Shown: positions 10,220-20,730 of the stretch, one piece after another
Layout of the letters: the number at the start of each line of letters is the position of its first letter
Numbering within the stretch: the stretch's first letter is position 1
DNA from: Wallemia ichthyophaga EXF-994
Lineage: Eukaryota; Fungi; Basidiomycota
NCBI RefSeq assembly: GCF_000400465.1
Contig: NW_008806281.1
Location: 1 to 32,000 of the forward strand
Reading direction: 5' to 3'
DNA length: 32,000 bases
Notes under the pieces: generated by a model
What the model saw: only the letters and a program-made list of their open reading frames with translations
The model's database searches: none
Told to the model about the DNA's origin: nothing
Translations under genes and position numbers: made by a program

Positions 10220-10833
10220 TTATCCACTTGAAAATTAATTTGATTGGAGTTGAAGTAGTTGCTTCACCTTCCCTACTGCGGTATTTCATCTTTTCATTCC
10301 TTCCCGTCTTGTCCTTCTTGTTGCAAATTAAAGCCAATTTTCACTCCTCTATTCTCTCATTTCCCCTTTCTCATTGTGTACTCCGTCTCGCACAGACACC
10401 GCCGATAACTGCGATTTTCACTATCTCCCAGTACCTTCCGACATTATTGTCTTTGTCTATGCACTCCAGTCACACATTCCATTTGCATCCGATCGATTCG
10501 TTGCTTCGATCTGATTAGTTGGGGTGGGTAGTGGTGACTAGAAAGGGATATCGTGTTGATTTGAGATGGGTGCGCTAAGTGCTCGTCTATAAAACTTGGA
10601 ATTTGCATTGTTGTCGTATTCGTTGTGGCTGCTATAGGCTACACAATCTTAGCCATAATATAGGCACACGCTGGATGATAATACTCGTCCAGTCCTAGCA
10701 TCAGATCTCTCAAAATGGCCTGTGTACACTCAAAAGAGCCAATTTGCGCAATAGTCATTAATCCACAAATTCTGAGACACGAGAGTGTGAAAATCTTATC
10801 AAGATTGTGTAAACATCTATCACACCGACGTCG

Positions 10834-12632
10834 ATGCCAACAACAACAGCAATAGCAACAGATTCATCAGATACACCACACTCCTCCAACCAAGACGTCT
10901 CACTCACAATCTCCCACTCCCGCCCCTCCTCGTTCAGATGTTCCTGGCGCACACTGCTCAATCTCCCGCGCCGCGTATTTGCTCCACCGGCGATCCCTTC
11001 TGCGCCCAGGTTTAAAGTGCGTTCCTGTGCAGCGACGCCGCTCGATGCTGTCACGCTCGAGAGCATTCTCAACGACAGCTACCTCCCGCCACTGGTGAGT
11101 GTCGTTTGTGTGAGTGGTGTGCGTGGTGCGCTTACAACTGCTTTCACCCACAGACTCTCGTCGATTTCCAAGACTACCTCGTCTTCAGCGAGAACAGCGT
11201 CGAGAATCTCTTTTACCTGCGCTGGTTGGCACATTACGCGTCGTTGCACGAGAAATTGAATTCTATAAGCAATAACAATGGCATTAACAACAACAACAAC
11301 AACCAACGTAGCAGCAGCGATGCGGCAGAAGTGATCGATGAAATGTCTCAGCAATACCAGCGTTCTCTTTCTACTTTCATCCTCCCTGGCAGCGCATACG
11401 AGCTCAATCTGCCATCAAAGCTTATCCAGGAACTGCTTATGATTGCTCCACAGCAGTATGTAGATGTCGGTGATCTCACATCAACGCATAGACACGCCGT
11501 TCTCCCTCCCCCAGCTGACGCTGTGCCTCTTGTGCAGTGCAAACATGCTGTTGTGCAGATGTTGCGCGGCAGCGCACGCAAATTCTCAGCCAAATCCCCA
11601 GCTAATGGAGGACGCAAGCGTGGCTGGTTTGCGCTCTTTGTTGGTGTTCTTTTTGGTCTCTTTGGTCTGCTTATCGTGCTCGTTGCGCGTCTTTATCAGA
11701 AGGGTGTGATGTTCTTTTCCATAATCGTACTACTCTGCTAATAGAGCTAATCACAGGCGACGGCGGTAGACGCACTGCTGGTGCTTCTATCCCATTCTTT
11801 TGGTTCGGCGTCGCTACTTTTGTGATGGGATTGCATGGCGTGGGTTGGAGGTGTTTATATAAGCGTCTCGCTCATACCGTTTCCCATTTAGATATGCATC
11901 GTCGTCTTCATGTTCGGTGGTGTGTAGAATGGGCTAGACGTGCTAAGAAACCCACTCAAACGACACAGACGCGCGTCAACTACATCCAATAGAGCTCGCG
12001 ATGGCGCCTTCGACGCTTTATCATACTAGCAGTGGTAGTGGTAGTGCTAAAACTCACACATCCGACGAAAGTGAGTTGGGTGAGACACGATGAGAATACA
12101 CCCACTCATACCGCCCCCAGGAACGCTTGGCGTCGGCGCTGATGCATATGGACTTAATACCAAACGTTCAAATACCACGACATCGCATCGCAGCAATTCC
12201 GACGACAATACATCGCAAACATCGCACACATACACTACTCCGAACAATGCAGAACGCGGTAGTGACAAGATAAACAAGGTAGACAAATGCGACGAATATG
12301 ACACAACATTTTACCACGAAGACGCTCTGAAAAGTGCTAATACGCGCATGAAACGCAAATTTGAACAGGTGCCGCCCGTGACGACGACAGCGACTTACGT
12401 ACCTTACATCGATACGCCATTCGTGCCAAACAAGCCTGGATACTTGAAACGATTTGGTACGGTGACTCGCCACACTCAACCAAAGAGTGCAGGTGTGCGT
12501 GGTGTGTTTGAACCACTGACGAGCGTTGACGAACCCATCGTCAGTCGCGTGCAGTTACAGGTGTTCTACTTGGCTGTCGTGTGGGCTACTATTCTGGCTG
12601 CTGTAGGGGGTACGCTTGCCATCGTGCTTTAG
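10834..12632 (+). CDS. Rax1-like membrane protein with N-terminal RGS-like fold and about 3 TM segments, 6 exons
   Basis: VTLESILNDSYLPPL|TLVDFQDYLVFSENSVENLFYLRW (RGS-like), two hydrophobic segments, FGDARQLHPIE, and EPIVSRVQ plus a C-terminal TM. Introns 11095-11153, 11704-11756, 11840-11891, 11920-11968 and 12071-12120 all restore the frame. Start uncertain. Confidence 0.8.
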
Positions 12633-12789
12633 TTTGCTGGTCATTTTCACTTGCTGATTCGTTCAATTGTTCTCTTCATCACTAGCTTACTTTATCGCAT
12701 GCTCAATTGCTCTCAAATGTAATGTAACTATGCATAAATAAGTCTATACTGCGCGTTGTTCACAAAGTACTCAAAATCAAGACTCCCCG

Positions 12790-14097
12790 TCAATCCTCCA
12801 TTTCGACATTTTGTATATCGTAGCGCCTACCTCGCACGGCCCACAAACCCCAATTAGATTTAATCATGACGCGTGTATCGAACTCGGCGACTTCCCAACG
12901 TTGACTGCTAAAGACGTTGTTGCCAGGCTCGATGACGGTTTCCCACTCCTGTGTGATTTGTTTGCTGTTGAGTAGAGCGTCTACATCGCGCTTGATATCT
13001 GCGTGACCAAAAGCCGTGCAGACGATTGGACATTTAGTGGAGAGCATTTTATCGAATGCGGTTGCCCATTCGGCATCTATCTGTGGAGTGAATTCGCGGA
13101 AGGGGACGACTTGGCCGTTGCGCTGACCCAGACCTTCGCTTGGTCTGTGACTGGAGGGCAGCATAGATGGGAAGCCTAAACCTGGGTGAAAATTGAAGAA
13201 GATATCAGTAAAGGGGTCGTAGGGGTAGAAAGCATCGTGGACTTCCTCCCAGCTAGCCTGGATAGCGCTGAGGGTGAGGTGAGAATTGACGGTGGTGCTC
13301 CATCCGGGCACGCCGAACGGGCGTATTGTCTCCTCGGCGTTGACTTCCGGGCCAACGAAATAGACATGCAAACGAGCGTGCGGGAAGAGGTGAGCGAGCT
13401 GCATCCATACACTCGGAGGCAACTGAGATTCAGCGCGGGCGCCTGGGATGAAAATACGCACGGGCGGTGTCGGCGGTGAGTAAGGAGTGGGCTGTTTGTG
13501 AAGGGTGTGACGAAGCGCGAGGAGGCTGCGCTCGCCGCCCCCACTGACCCGCCCACCCGCACGGTCAGCATATGGACCCAGCTCGTGCAGCACGCCTGCC
13601 ACGGTCATAGGATAGCTGAGGAGACGCGAGAGATGGCGCTGGGACCGCAGACTGTCGATGCTATTGAAATTGCGCGTGTAGAATAACATCTCCCAGCTCT
13701 TGAGGTTGACAGTGTGCTCGAGATCTTGCGTAGGAGGCAGCTCGAACTCGGTCATGTCGCGCCCACTGCGCAGATCGTGCTCATCTTCATTCACCTCGCG
13801 CAGCCGCTGCGCATACTCGTGGTAGTGCTCGTGCGTGGCGTCTGCTCGCCACGCTGCCTCGTCGACGTGCGTTGGGTAGCCACTCACTGGACACACGTAC
13901 CCCAAAGGACTCTCGCCCGTCGTCGGACACCGCCCCTTGCGCGCTATTCGCTCACCTAGTGCCCGCATGGCCGGTATGGGCGACGCTGGCAGCGGATGGA
14001 AGAGCGAATTGAGCGTGCCGGCGTTGGCTGTGCTGCGTTTGTTCTGTGCTCCGCCTTTGCGGAATAGATTGAGTATGCGACGCGCTCCCGAGGCCAT
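12790..14097 (-). CDS. MSS51: Mitochondrial COX1 translational activator Mss51
   Basis: CP..SGYPTH, LREVNEDEHDLRSGR, FYTRNF, LSYPMTVAGVLHELGPY, GARAESQLP, FHPGLG and MIKSNWGLWAVRGRRY motifs; mitochondrial presequence-like N-terminus. Confidence 0.9.
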   Translation of the reverse strand: MASGARRILNLFRKGGAQNKRSTANAGTLNSLFHPLPASPIPAMRALGERIARKGRCPTTGESPLGYVCPVSGYPTHVDEAAWRADATHEHYHEYAQRLREVNEDEHDLRSGRDMTEFELPPTQDLEHTVNLKSWEMLFYTRNFNSIDSLRSQRHLSRLLSYPMTVAGVLHELGPYADRAGGRVSGGGERSLLALRHTLHKQPTPYSPPTPPVRIFIPGARAESQLPPSVWMQLAHLFPHARLHVYFVGPEVNAEETIRPFGVPGWSTTVNSHLTLSAIQASWEEVHDAFYPYDPFTDIFFNFHPGLGFPSMLPSSHRPSEGLGQRNGQVVPFREFTPQIDAEWATAFDKMLSTKCPIVCTAFGHADIKRDVDALLNSKQITQEWETVIEPGNNVFSSQRWEVAEFDTRVMIKSNWGLWAVRGRRYDIQNVEMED

Positions 14098-14179
14098 GGA
14101 CGTTGATGTTAACGATAAGATAATTAATTCAAATCACTCTCTACAAAACACACGGCGCACACGGCGCACATGGCACACC

Positions 14180-15617
14180 TCACACACCCGTCTCATCCCT
14201 TATCTCGCTCGAACTAAAGTTGAGTATCCCAGCGGTATCGAGGTCCTTGACAATGTTCTCCGCGGAGGAGACTGGCAAATTAGCGAGATATTTGTTGACA
14301 TTGTCGAGAGAGTTAGAAGATAGAGCTTGCTTCAATTCCCCGTCAAAGGCTTCGAAAATACTCCAGCGCTGATTGAGCCACTGCTTGACAGTCTCACTGT
14401 CGAGTTGCTGGAGCTTAGCGTCGCCTTCGAGGATAATGTTCTCAGGCGCAGGTCCCTCAGGCACGTCGAAGGTGATAGCGGTGTCTCCCTCGCTCATCAA
14501 CTGTATCTGTTCCTTTTCCTGTGGATTGTTGGTGCTGCTCGACTGCTCAGCTAGCACCGCACTGCGCTCCATAATGCGCGCATGGGTGTCTTGAACATCC
14601 TTCATAAACACTGCCTCTGCCTCTCTGGCCTGGGTGAGACGCTGCATGAACAAACTGAGACCATCCTTGCCGAGTTTGTTGCAGTATTGGATAAATAGCC
14701 CCGCGTTGACACATTGAAGGGCATGTGTGGTCTTCTTCTCCATCCCGGCGTTGAATGCCTCGACGAAGAGGGCGTCTGTGGTGACGTCACTCAGGAGCGT
14801 TTTGTCGGCTGCTATTAACTCGACCAGGGCCTTGTACTGGCGGAGAGGTATGCGGGCGAGTGTGGCCATGGAGGGGGTAAGAGAGGGGAGGTCGTCTGCG
14901 GTGTTGTTGGCGGTGTTAGCGGGGGTGTTCGTGGCAGCGTCTGGATTAAGGACTTCTAGGGATTTTTGGGATGGCTGGGAGTGTTGTTGCTGTGACTTAT
15001 TCTCCTCTTGCCCAATCTTGTTCACATGGGAGCTGTCAAAACCGGTTCTGATCCCCTCGCTTGTGATTTTCTGACCCTCTTCGACCTCAATAGCGGCTAT
15101 TTCATCAGCTATAGCTGAATTCCTGTGTAGAACACTCTCCTCAGTCTTCGTGAGCTGGCTGATAAGCTCCGCCGCCAGTTTCTCGCTGTCGTCAATAAAC
15201 ACCCTGGCCTTCTCCCAGACCTGGATAAAAAGGTTCTGCATCATCTCGTCGTAGGTGGGCTGACCCGGAGCGTCGGTGAGAGGTTTATCAGGGGACGGAG
15301 TGTTGCCGAGGCGTGCGACCTCAGCGCTGAACACTTGTGGGCCGTGTTCGTGCACGCCGTCGCGAATAGCCTGTACGCGGGGAAGTAGGACGGCGTTAAT
15401 ACCGCGCTCTATTTCCAGCTTCTTCAGGGCGCTTCTGCGCTCCTCGCGCTTGTGATGAATGTCCTGCTGTTTCCACCTGTGGACGTGTAAGCGGGCAGTC
15501 CGCGCCGCGAAGGGAAGCGCACTTGATAAAAGATTTCTTGTCGACGTTGGGATGCACTTCAATATCGCTGTCATCACTCAACTCGAGATTCGCCCATTTG
15601 TCGTAATTGAGCGGCAT
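14180..15617 (-). CDS. CDC37: Hsp90 co-chaperone Cdc37, 2 exons
   Basis: MPLNYDKWANLELSDDSDIEVHPNVDKKSFIK|WKQQDIHHKREERR across intron 15522-15477; also QYCNKLGKDGLSLF. Confidence 0.95.
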
Positions 15618-15676
15618 CTCTCTCCTTCTCTTGACGGTAAACAACCAAGACGAGTAGTTTGAATAAATTATTATTC

Positions 15677-17220
15677 ATGTCTGCTGGTGATAGATAGTGG
15701 GTGTTTGGCTGTGAATGTGGATATTTTCTAACCATTTCCCATCTTTCAGCTCCCCACGCCTCTCCCCAGACGATGTAGACGTACACACACACGAGATAGG
15801 CAGCGACGTACGAGACGGGCGAGACGTGCGTGACATGCGCGATATTCGCTCCAGAGACCGTTCGCGAGAGCGCCACGAGCGACGCCGCAGCCGCTATGAG
15901 GGGTATGAGAGAAGGGACTCGGCGCACACCCACTCTCACCGCCGTAGAAGATCACGCTCACGGTCGCGGTCGCGGTCCCATTCCCCGCACTCGCCCCGTC
16001 CACGCGCCCGCCCGCCACGCCAGACCCGCCCACGCTCACCCGAGATACCGCTGTCGGAGAATGTCGACAGTCTGGAATCGGAGCAGCGCAGTGTGTTTGT
16101 AAACCAGCTCAGTACACGCACAACGAGCCACGACCTTCGCCGCTTCTTTCAGGAGAAGTTGGGTAGTCGCGGTGTGGTGGATGCGCGGGTGGTGAGCGAC
16201 AAGAACAGTCGCCGTAGCAAGGGCATTGGGTACGTGGAGGTGCGCACTGCGAGCATGATCGATAGTGCTCTCGAGCTCAGCGGGGAGCTGCTCAACGGGA
16301 TTCCTATGATAGTCACCCAGAGCGAGGCAGACAAGAACAGGATGGCGAGGGGTGGTGGTGGTGGTACGAACGCCAACGCGAGTTTGGCAGGCGATGAGGG
16401 GAGACGCGCACGTGCACCTCCAAGCCACAACTCCAAACCATCCTCACACGCCCACGCCAATGACTCCTCCCTCTCTCCCGCTAACGACCCCGCCTTGTAT
16501 AAGGTCTTTGTGGGCAGTCTCAGCTATGCACTGCGTGAGGAGGACGTTCACGGTGTCTTTGCCCCCTTTGGCGCGATCGAGGAGGTAGAACTAGGCAAGG
16601 ATGGCGAAGGGCAATCAAAAGGCTATGCTTATGTCAAGTACAGACGTATGGAAGATAGTCGCATGGCGTGCGAGCAAATGAACCGCTTCGAGCTGGCGGG
16701 GAGATCTCTCAAAGTGCTGCTCGTTAATCACTACGGCACTCCCGTTCGCATGCCCGAACAAAGCATTGAGAACGAGGGCCTTAATCTCAACTCTATCTCT
16801 CGGCACGAATTGATGAAGACACTCATGCGCTCACATGACCCAGCTGCCAGCGCACAGGAAGAGGAGGTGCGCGCGAGGCAGGAAGAGATCGTCAGGCAGA
16901 GGGAGAAGGAGAGGTCAATGATGAAAACAGATTGCGTACTACTCAAGTATATGTTCAAGAGCAGCGAAGAGACGGAGGCTGGTTGGGAGAAGGAGCTAGC
17001 TGAGGATGTGGGTGAGGAGTGCGAGAGTAAATATGGAAAGGTGAGCAAGATTGGTGTGGATAGGAATAGCGAGGAGGGAGAGATAGTACTGCAATTTGCG
17101 ACGCTTGAAGGTGCACAGAAGGCAATTAATGGACTCAATGGAAGATGGTTTGGTGGGAGACAAGTGAAGGCAGTACCAATAGCGGATAGATTCATGGTGA
17201 GGAGAGTATTGATTAAGTAA
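15677..17220 (+). CDS. RBM39: RBM39/CAPER (CC1-like) splicing factor: RS domain, 2 RRMs and a UHM; 2 exons
   Basis: RS-rich N-terminus, RRM1 (SRRSKGIGYVE), IVTQSEADKNR, RRM2 (SKGYAYVKY), LNSISRHELMKTL linker and UHM (LNGRWFGGRQV). Intron 15697-15749 inferred. Confidence 0.92.
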
Positions 17221-17266
17221 AGGTGGCTAATAGAATAATACAGGAAATGAAGCTGGCGAGTATGAA

Positions 17267-17785
17267 TTAAGAAGAGGAAGTGGAAGTGGTGGGAGTTGAA
17301 CCGGGGGTCTGTTGAGGGGGTTGTTGTAGCTGGTTGAATTTATCGAGGATTTCTAACTTATTTGGAGTGTGGAGGGGTAGACTGGAGTGAGACAGCTCCT
17401 TAATTTTAGACTCTAAATGACGTTTAATGGAGTCTTCTTCGTTGGACAAGATGAAAATCAGGAAAGCTTGATCATTTATAGACTTCTTAAGAAAGTTGAT
17501 AGCAGAGTGGATTGAAATTGAGTATTGGTATTGGGTGTCGTCTGAGGTGGAGTAATCGTAGTCGTTGTGGATAAATTCATATTCGATATTCTGCTTAATG
17601 GTGAAGAGCTTAGACTTCAAATCATCATTGAGGTTATTTTGAATTTCAAGGAACTGGACATCTTCAAAGTGGCGTGGTGGAACGAGATCGCTGAGTGATT
17701 GAGTGGAAGTGAGCTTAAGTAACAAGGAATCTATCAAAAATGAATTCAATATGGACACTGAATTGATTTTGTTTGATTTATCCAT
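17267..17785 (-). CDS. Probable Cnl2/Nkp2-family inner-kinetochore (CCAN) subunit
   Basis: N-terminal SILNSFL...SL...LVPP...IKQNIEYE and C-terminal heptad AINFLKKSI...LSNEEDSIKRHLESKIKELS resemble Cnl2/Nkp2 by eye. The only Met codons in the ORF are at 17794 and 17785. Confidence 0.5.
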   Translation of the reverse strand: MDKSNKINSVSILNSFLIDSLLLKLTSTQSLSDLVPPRHFEDVQFLEIQNNLNDDLKSKLFTIKQNIEYEFIHNDYDYSTSDDTQYQYSISIHSAINFLKKSINDQAFLIFILSNEEDSIKRHLESKIKELSHSSLPLHTPNKLEILDKFNQLQQPPQQTPGSTPTTSTSSS

Positions 17786-18407
17786 GACGTCCATCGAAGT
17801 TGATATAGTACAAGTGCTTTACGCGTATAAAGTGATCAAGCTGGATGAATTGAGTGATTTGATTGGTTTATCTGGCGTGCAATTAGATACTGCAATTGAA
17901 AATGTAAACAAACGACTATCAATATTCTCAATGGAATTGAAAGTTGCTCGTGGTTTAGTGGTATTAGTGAATTTATCTGGCGATACTCTATTGGGCAATA
18001 GCTACACCCAGTTAGATTTGGTATTCTTTAGATCGCTCTTAGAATTCATTTTGAACAACAATTACTCTATAAACTCAAATGACGCTTTGAATACACCAAG
18101 CACACTGTCTAAACTACATATCGAATATCTACTTGACAAATTCGTTGAATCTGATTGGTTGGTTAAGTCTGGCAATGATTTATGCATCGGTATAAGATCT
18201 ATCGTTGAACTGAGTAGTCTACTCGACGATCTCGTTGATCACGATCTCTACAAATCTCATTTTGATGGTTTATTGGTCACAGAGGGCTTCTACTGCAAAC
18301 ACTGCAATACTGCAATCACCCACTCTCAATCCATTCAATACAACCCATCCAGTTGCCCAAATTTACAATGTAAAAAGCCTTGGAAACCGCGTAAAATAGG
18401 TGATTAA
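17784..18407 (+). CDS. NSE1: Smc5/6 subunit Nse1 (winged-helix pair plus degenerate RING)
   Basis: IENVNKRLSIFSMELK, VLVNLSGD, YTQLDLVFFRSLLEFI, LLDKFVESDWL, IGIRSIVEL and C-terminal CKHC...CPNLQCKKPW. Start at 17784 preferred (alternative 17751). Confidence 0.82.
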   Translation: MTSIEVDIVQVLYAYKVIKLDELSDLIGLSGVQLDTAIENVNKRLSIFSMELKVARGLVVLVNLSGDTLLGNSYTQLDLVFFRSLLEFILNNNYSINSNDALNTPSTLSKLHIEYLLDKFVESDWLVKSGNDLCIGIRSIVELSSLLDDLVDHDLYKSHFDGLLVTEGFYCKHCNTAITHSQSIQYNPSSCPNLQCKKPWKPRKIGD

Positions 18408-18493
18408 TTGTTTTAAATCATTTGTATCGCCTTTTTTGTACTCTACACGTCTATCTACACGTCTTATTCCACCAATGTCTTCTTATTCCGCCA

Positions 18494-19810
18494 ATGTCAT
18501 CATCGCCATCACCATCACCCCCACCCATCCACACCAAACAAACCAACCAATCAGAGATCAACACCAAATGGTCTAACATTCCCAGTCTCACTAAGAACCA
18601 ATTCAGAATGTTCATTGTCCGGCTCATACGGCAAACCCCCCCTGCACGCGCCAACGACAGGTACCAGGAGACCCTTCGTAATCTATTTACCCAATTATCC
18701 ACCTCCCTCGAATCTCAACTCCACCAGCTCAAAGTACCCCCGCCGCCAAACTCCCTACGCAGCACACAAGCGCGTAAATTCAAACCTGGCTGGCTTTTCA
18801 CCACAGACTCAACCGTCGACCTCCAGTCGGTTGCTAACTCTCTCGAATCCCGCCTCCGTCCACTCGAGGATGGCGTGGATAAGTTGAAACATCAGCTCGG
18901 CGTGCACAACCGCGAGCTCGAGCGTAGAGAGCATAGGCTGCAGCAGTACACGCGCACGGTCAACAGTCTGACTGAAGAGTTGGACAGTGTCGAGGCCACG
19001 AGAATGCATCCCCAATTAAAGAGGGCGTTTGACCATGATGAGGAGGATGATAATTATTCTCACAATAACGCCCATCGCAAGAGCCGTAGACATCTCCTCT
19101 CTTCCGCCGAAGAAACCATCTACCAGCACGCTCAACGACAGCACCTGCAGCCAATCTACGACATACGCCACCCACACTCCACCAACAACAAGGATAACGA
19201 TAACGACGAGAAGAACTCTCACACCTACTCCAAAGAAGATGATGACTATTTGCACGCCGCTCTAGCTCCTCTCCTCCCTCGCTTACAGGTGCTCGAAAAC
19301 ACCGCCATAGCAAATAACGATCCTCTCCTCGTGGCAGCGGAGATGCGCGATATTATGGAATCTTTTTACACGTCGAGGAGGAAATATAATGATCCAGAGG
19401 CGTTTGACTGGTTCGATGAGCCCCCGTTGGAGGTTTACGAGCCTCACCAACAGAGCCCGTTGAGCGACGCGCAGCATGTTCACAGTCCCGTCTCTGACGT
19501 GTCCACTGATGACGACTTTATCGCTGAATTCAATCGTGTGCAGCCTCAAGATAGCGACAGCGACAGCAACAGTGACAACGACAGCAACGACTCACACTCC
19601 CCTGACTCAGACGTTATCGCTTCCTCCGATTACTCCTCACATAAAGGCAGCCCACCGCCAAAACGCTCGCGATCGGTAATCCCTCTCGGGCCTGATCTGT
19701 CTCCGCGTGGCAGCGTGAGTGGGAGCAACGACAGTGAGAGTGAGAGTGAGAGCAGTAATCATTTACAGCCACAGTCACACACACACACTAATCCACTGCA
19801 ATCTCCGTAA
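18494..19810 (+). CDS. Probable CENP-Q/Okp1/Fta7-like kinetochore protein with long acidic Ser-rich tail
   Basis: INTKWSNI, LHQLKVPP, and a long coiled coil LESRLRPLEDGVDKLKHQL...RMHPQL that matches the fungal CENP-Q pattern by eye; followed by D/S-rich low complexity. Confidence 0.5.
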   Translation: MSSSPSPSPPPIHTKQTNQSEINTKWSNIPSLTKNQFRMFIVRLIRQTPPARANDRYQETLRNLFTQLSTSLESQLHQLKVPPPPNSLRSTQARKFKPGWLFTTDSTVDLQSVANSLESRLRPLEDGVDKLKHQLGVHNRELERREHRLQQYTRTVNSLTEELDSVEATRMHPQLKRAFDHDEEDDNYSHNNAHRKSRRHLLSSAEETIYQHAQRQHLQPIYDIRHPHSTNNKDNDNDEKNSHTYSKEDDDYLHAALAPLLPRLQVLENTAIANNDPLLVAAEMRDIMESFYTSRRKYNDPEAFDWFDEPPLEVYEPHQQSPLSDAQHVHSPVSDVSTDDDFIAEFNRVQPQDSDSDSNSDNDSNDSHSPDSDVIASSDYSSHKGSPPPKRSRSVIPLGPDLSPRGSVSGSNDSESESESSNHLQPQSHTHTNPLQSP

Positions 19811-19838
19811 TGTATCTAATTATCTTCAAGTGTATTAT

Positions 19839-20573
19839 TTATTTGTTAAACTGGTGTGATGAGCTGGTGGGGCCCTGTTGAGTAGAGCAATGTCAGTAAA
19901 CCAGCCTAGAAAGTCTAACTCCGCCCACCTTATCGCCCACCTCGTAGTGCAAGCCACCAGGCTTAGGCACGACGAGAGCCTGCTCATCATCATCATGTTT
20001 GAAGGTATAAGTGCGCACTTCGGCATTACCCCAATATTTGCCCGAATTATAACCATCAGTGATCCACCTGAGTATATCGCCATGAGCCACGAAAACAATC
20101 TCGCTCTCTGGTCTTTGTCTGATCCACTCCCTGCACTTGCGCGCTCTCTCGCCAGCGTTAGCTGGATCGTAAATGCCCTGCTTGTTAGTCCAGTTTGGGT
20201 GGACATCCGAGAAGTCCAGCGAGGCGAACTCAGGGTCGCTTGTGAGGAGGTGGGGCTCGCTGCCGGTATCGCAGGGGTACGCGTTGATCTCTTGCGCAAT
20301 AGTGACAAGTAGCGGTGGCTTACCGGCGGATTGCAGTCGCTGCACTAACTCTGGATACCCCTCGAGCATGGTTTGCATGGGGCGGCGCAACGGTGAGCTC
20401 ACTACCAGCTCCGCCGTTTTTTGTATCGTACCCGCTGTCAGTGGGGACAGTCGCGCCGATTGCTCTCGCCCGAGCGCGGTTAATGGCGCATCGGCTATGC
20501 TGTAGTCGTCCGCGACATTGTGCTCAGCTTGCGCGTGGCGCGTGAAGTAGATGGTCTTTGATGGGGCGCTCAT
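19839..20573 (-). CDS. Histidine phosphatase / phosphoglycerate mutase-like protein, 2 exons
   Basis: MSAPSKTIYFTRHAQAEHN (RHG-type motif), VSSPLRRPMQT, PCDTGS and VAHGD. Intron 19928-19875 gives the ending GDK|GPTSSSHQFNK*. Confidence 0.88.
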
Positions 20574-20730
20574 GATGGTTGGGTGGCACGAGTGGAGCGA
20601 GAGCGAGAGTGTATGTGGATCTACGTGCGCGCGCACATGCGCCGAAATATCCTTATTTCCCGCCATCTCTCACGTTCACCTTCCATCTCCCATCTCCCAC
20701 CGCCACCATTCTTGTTTTGCTACGCCGATC

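Noticed and set aside
18475-18576. Out-of-frame upstream ATG before the CENP-Q-like gene
   Set aside because: It lies only 19 nt upstream of the main ATG and may be outside the transcript; no evidence without TSS data.
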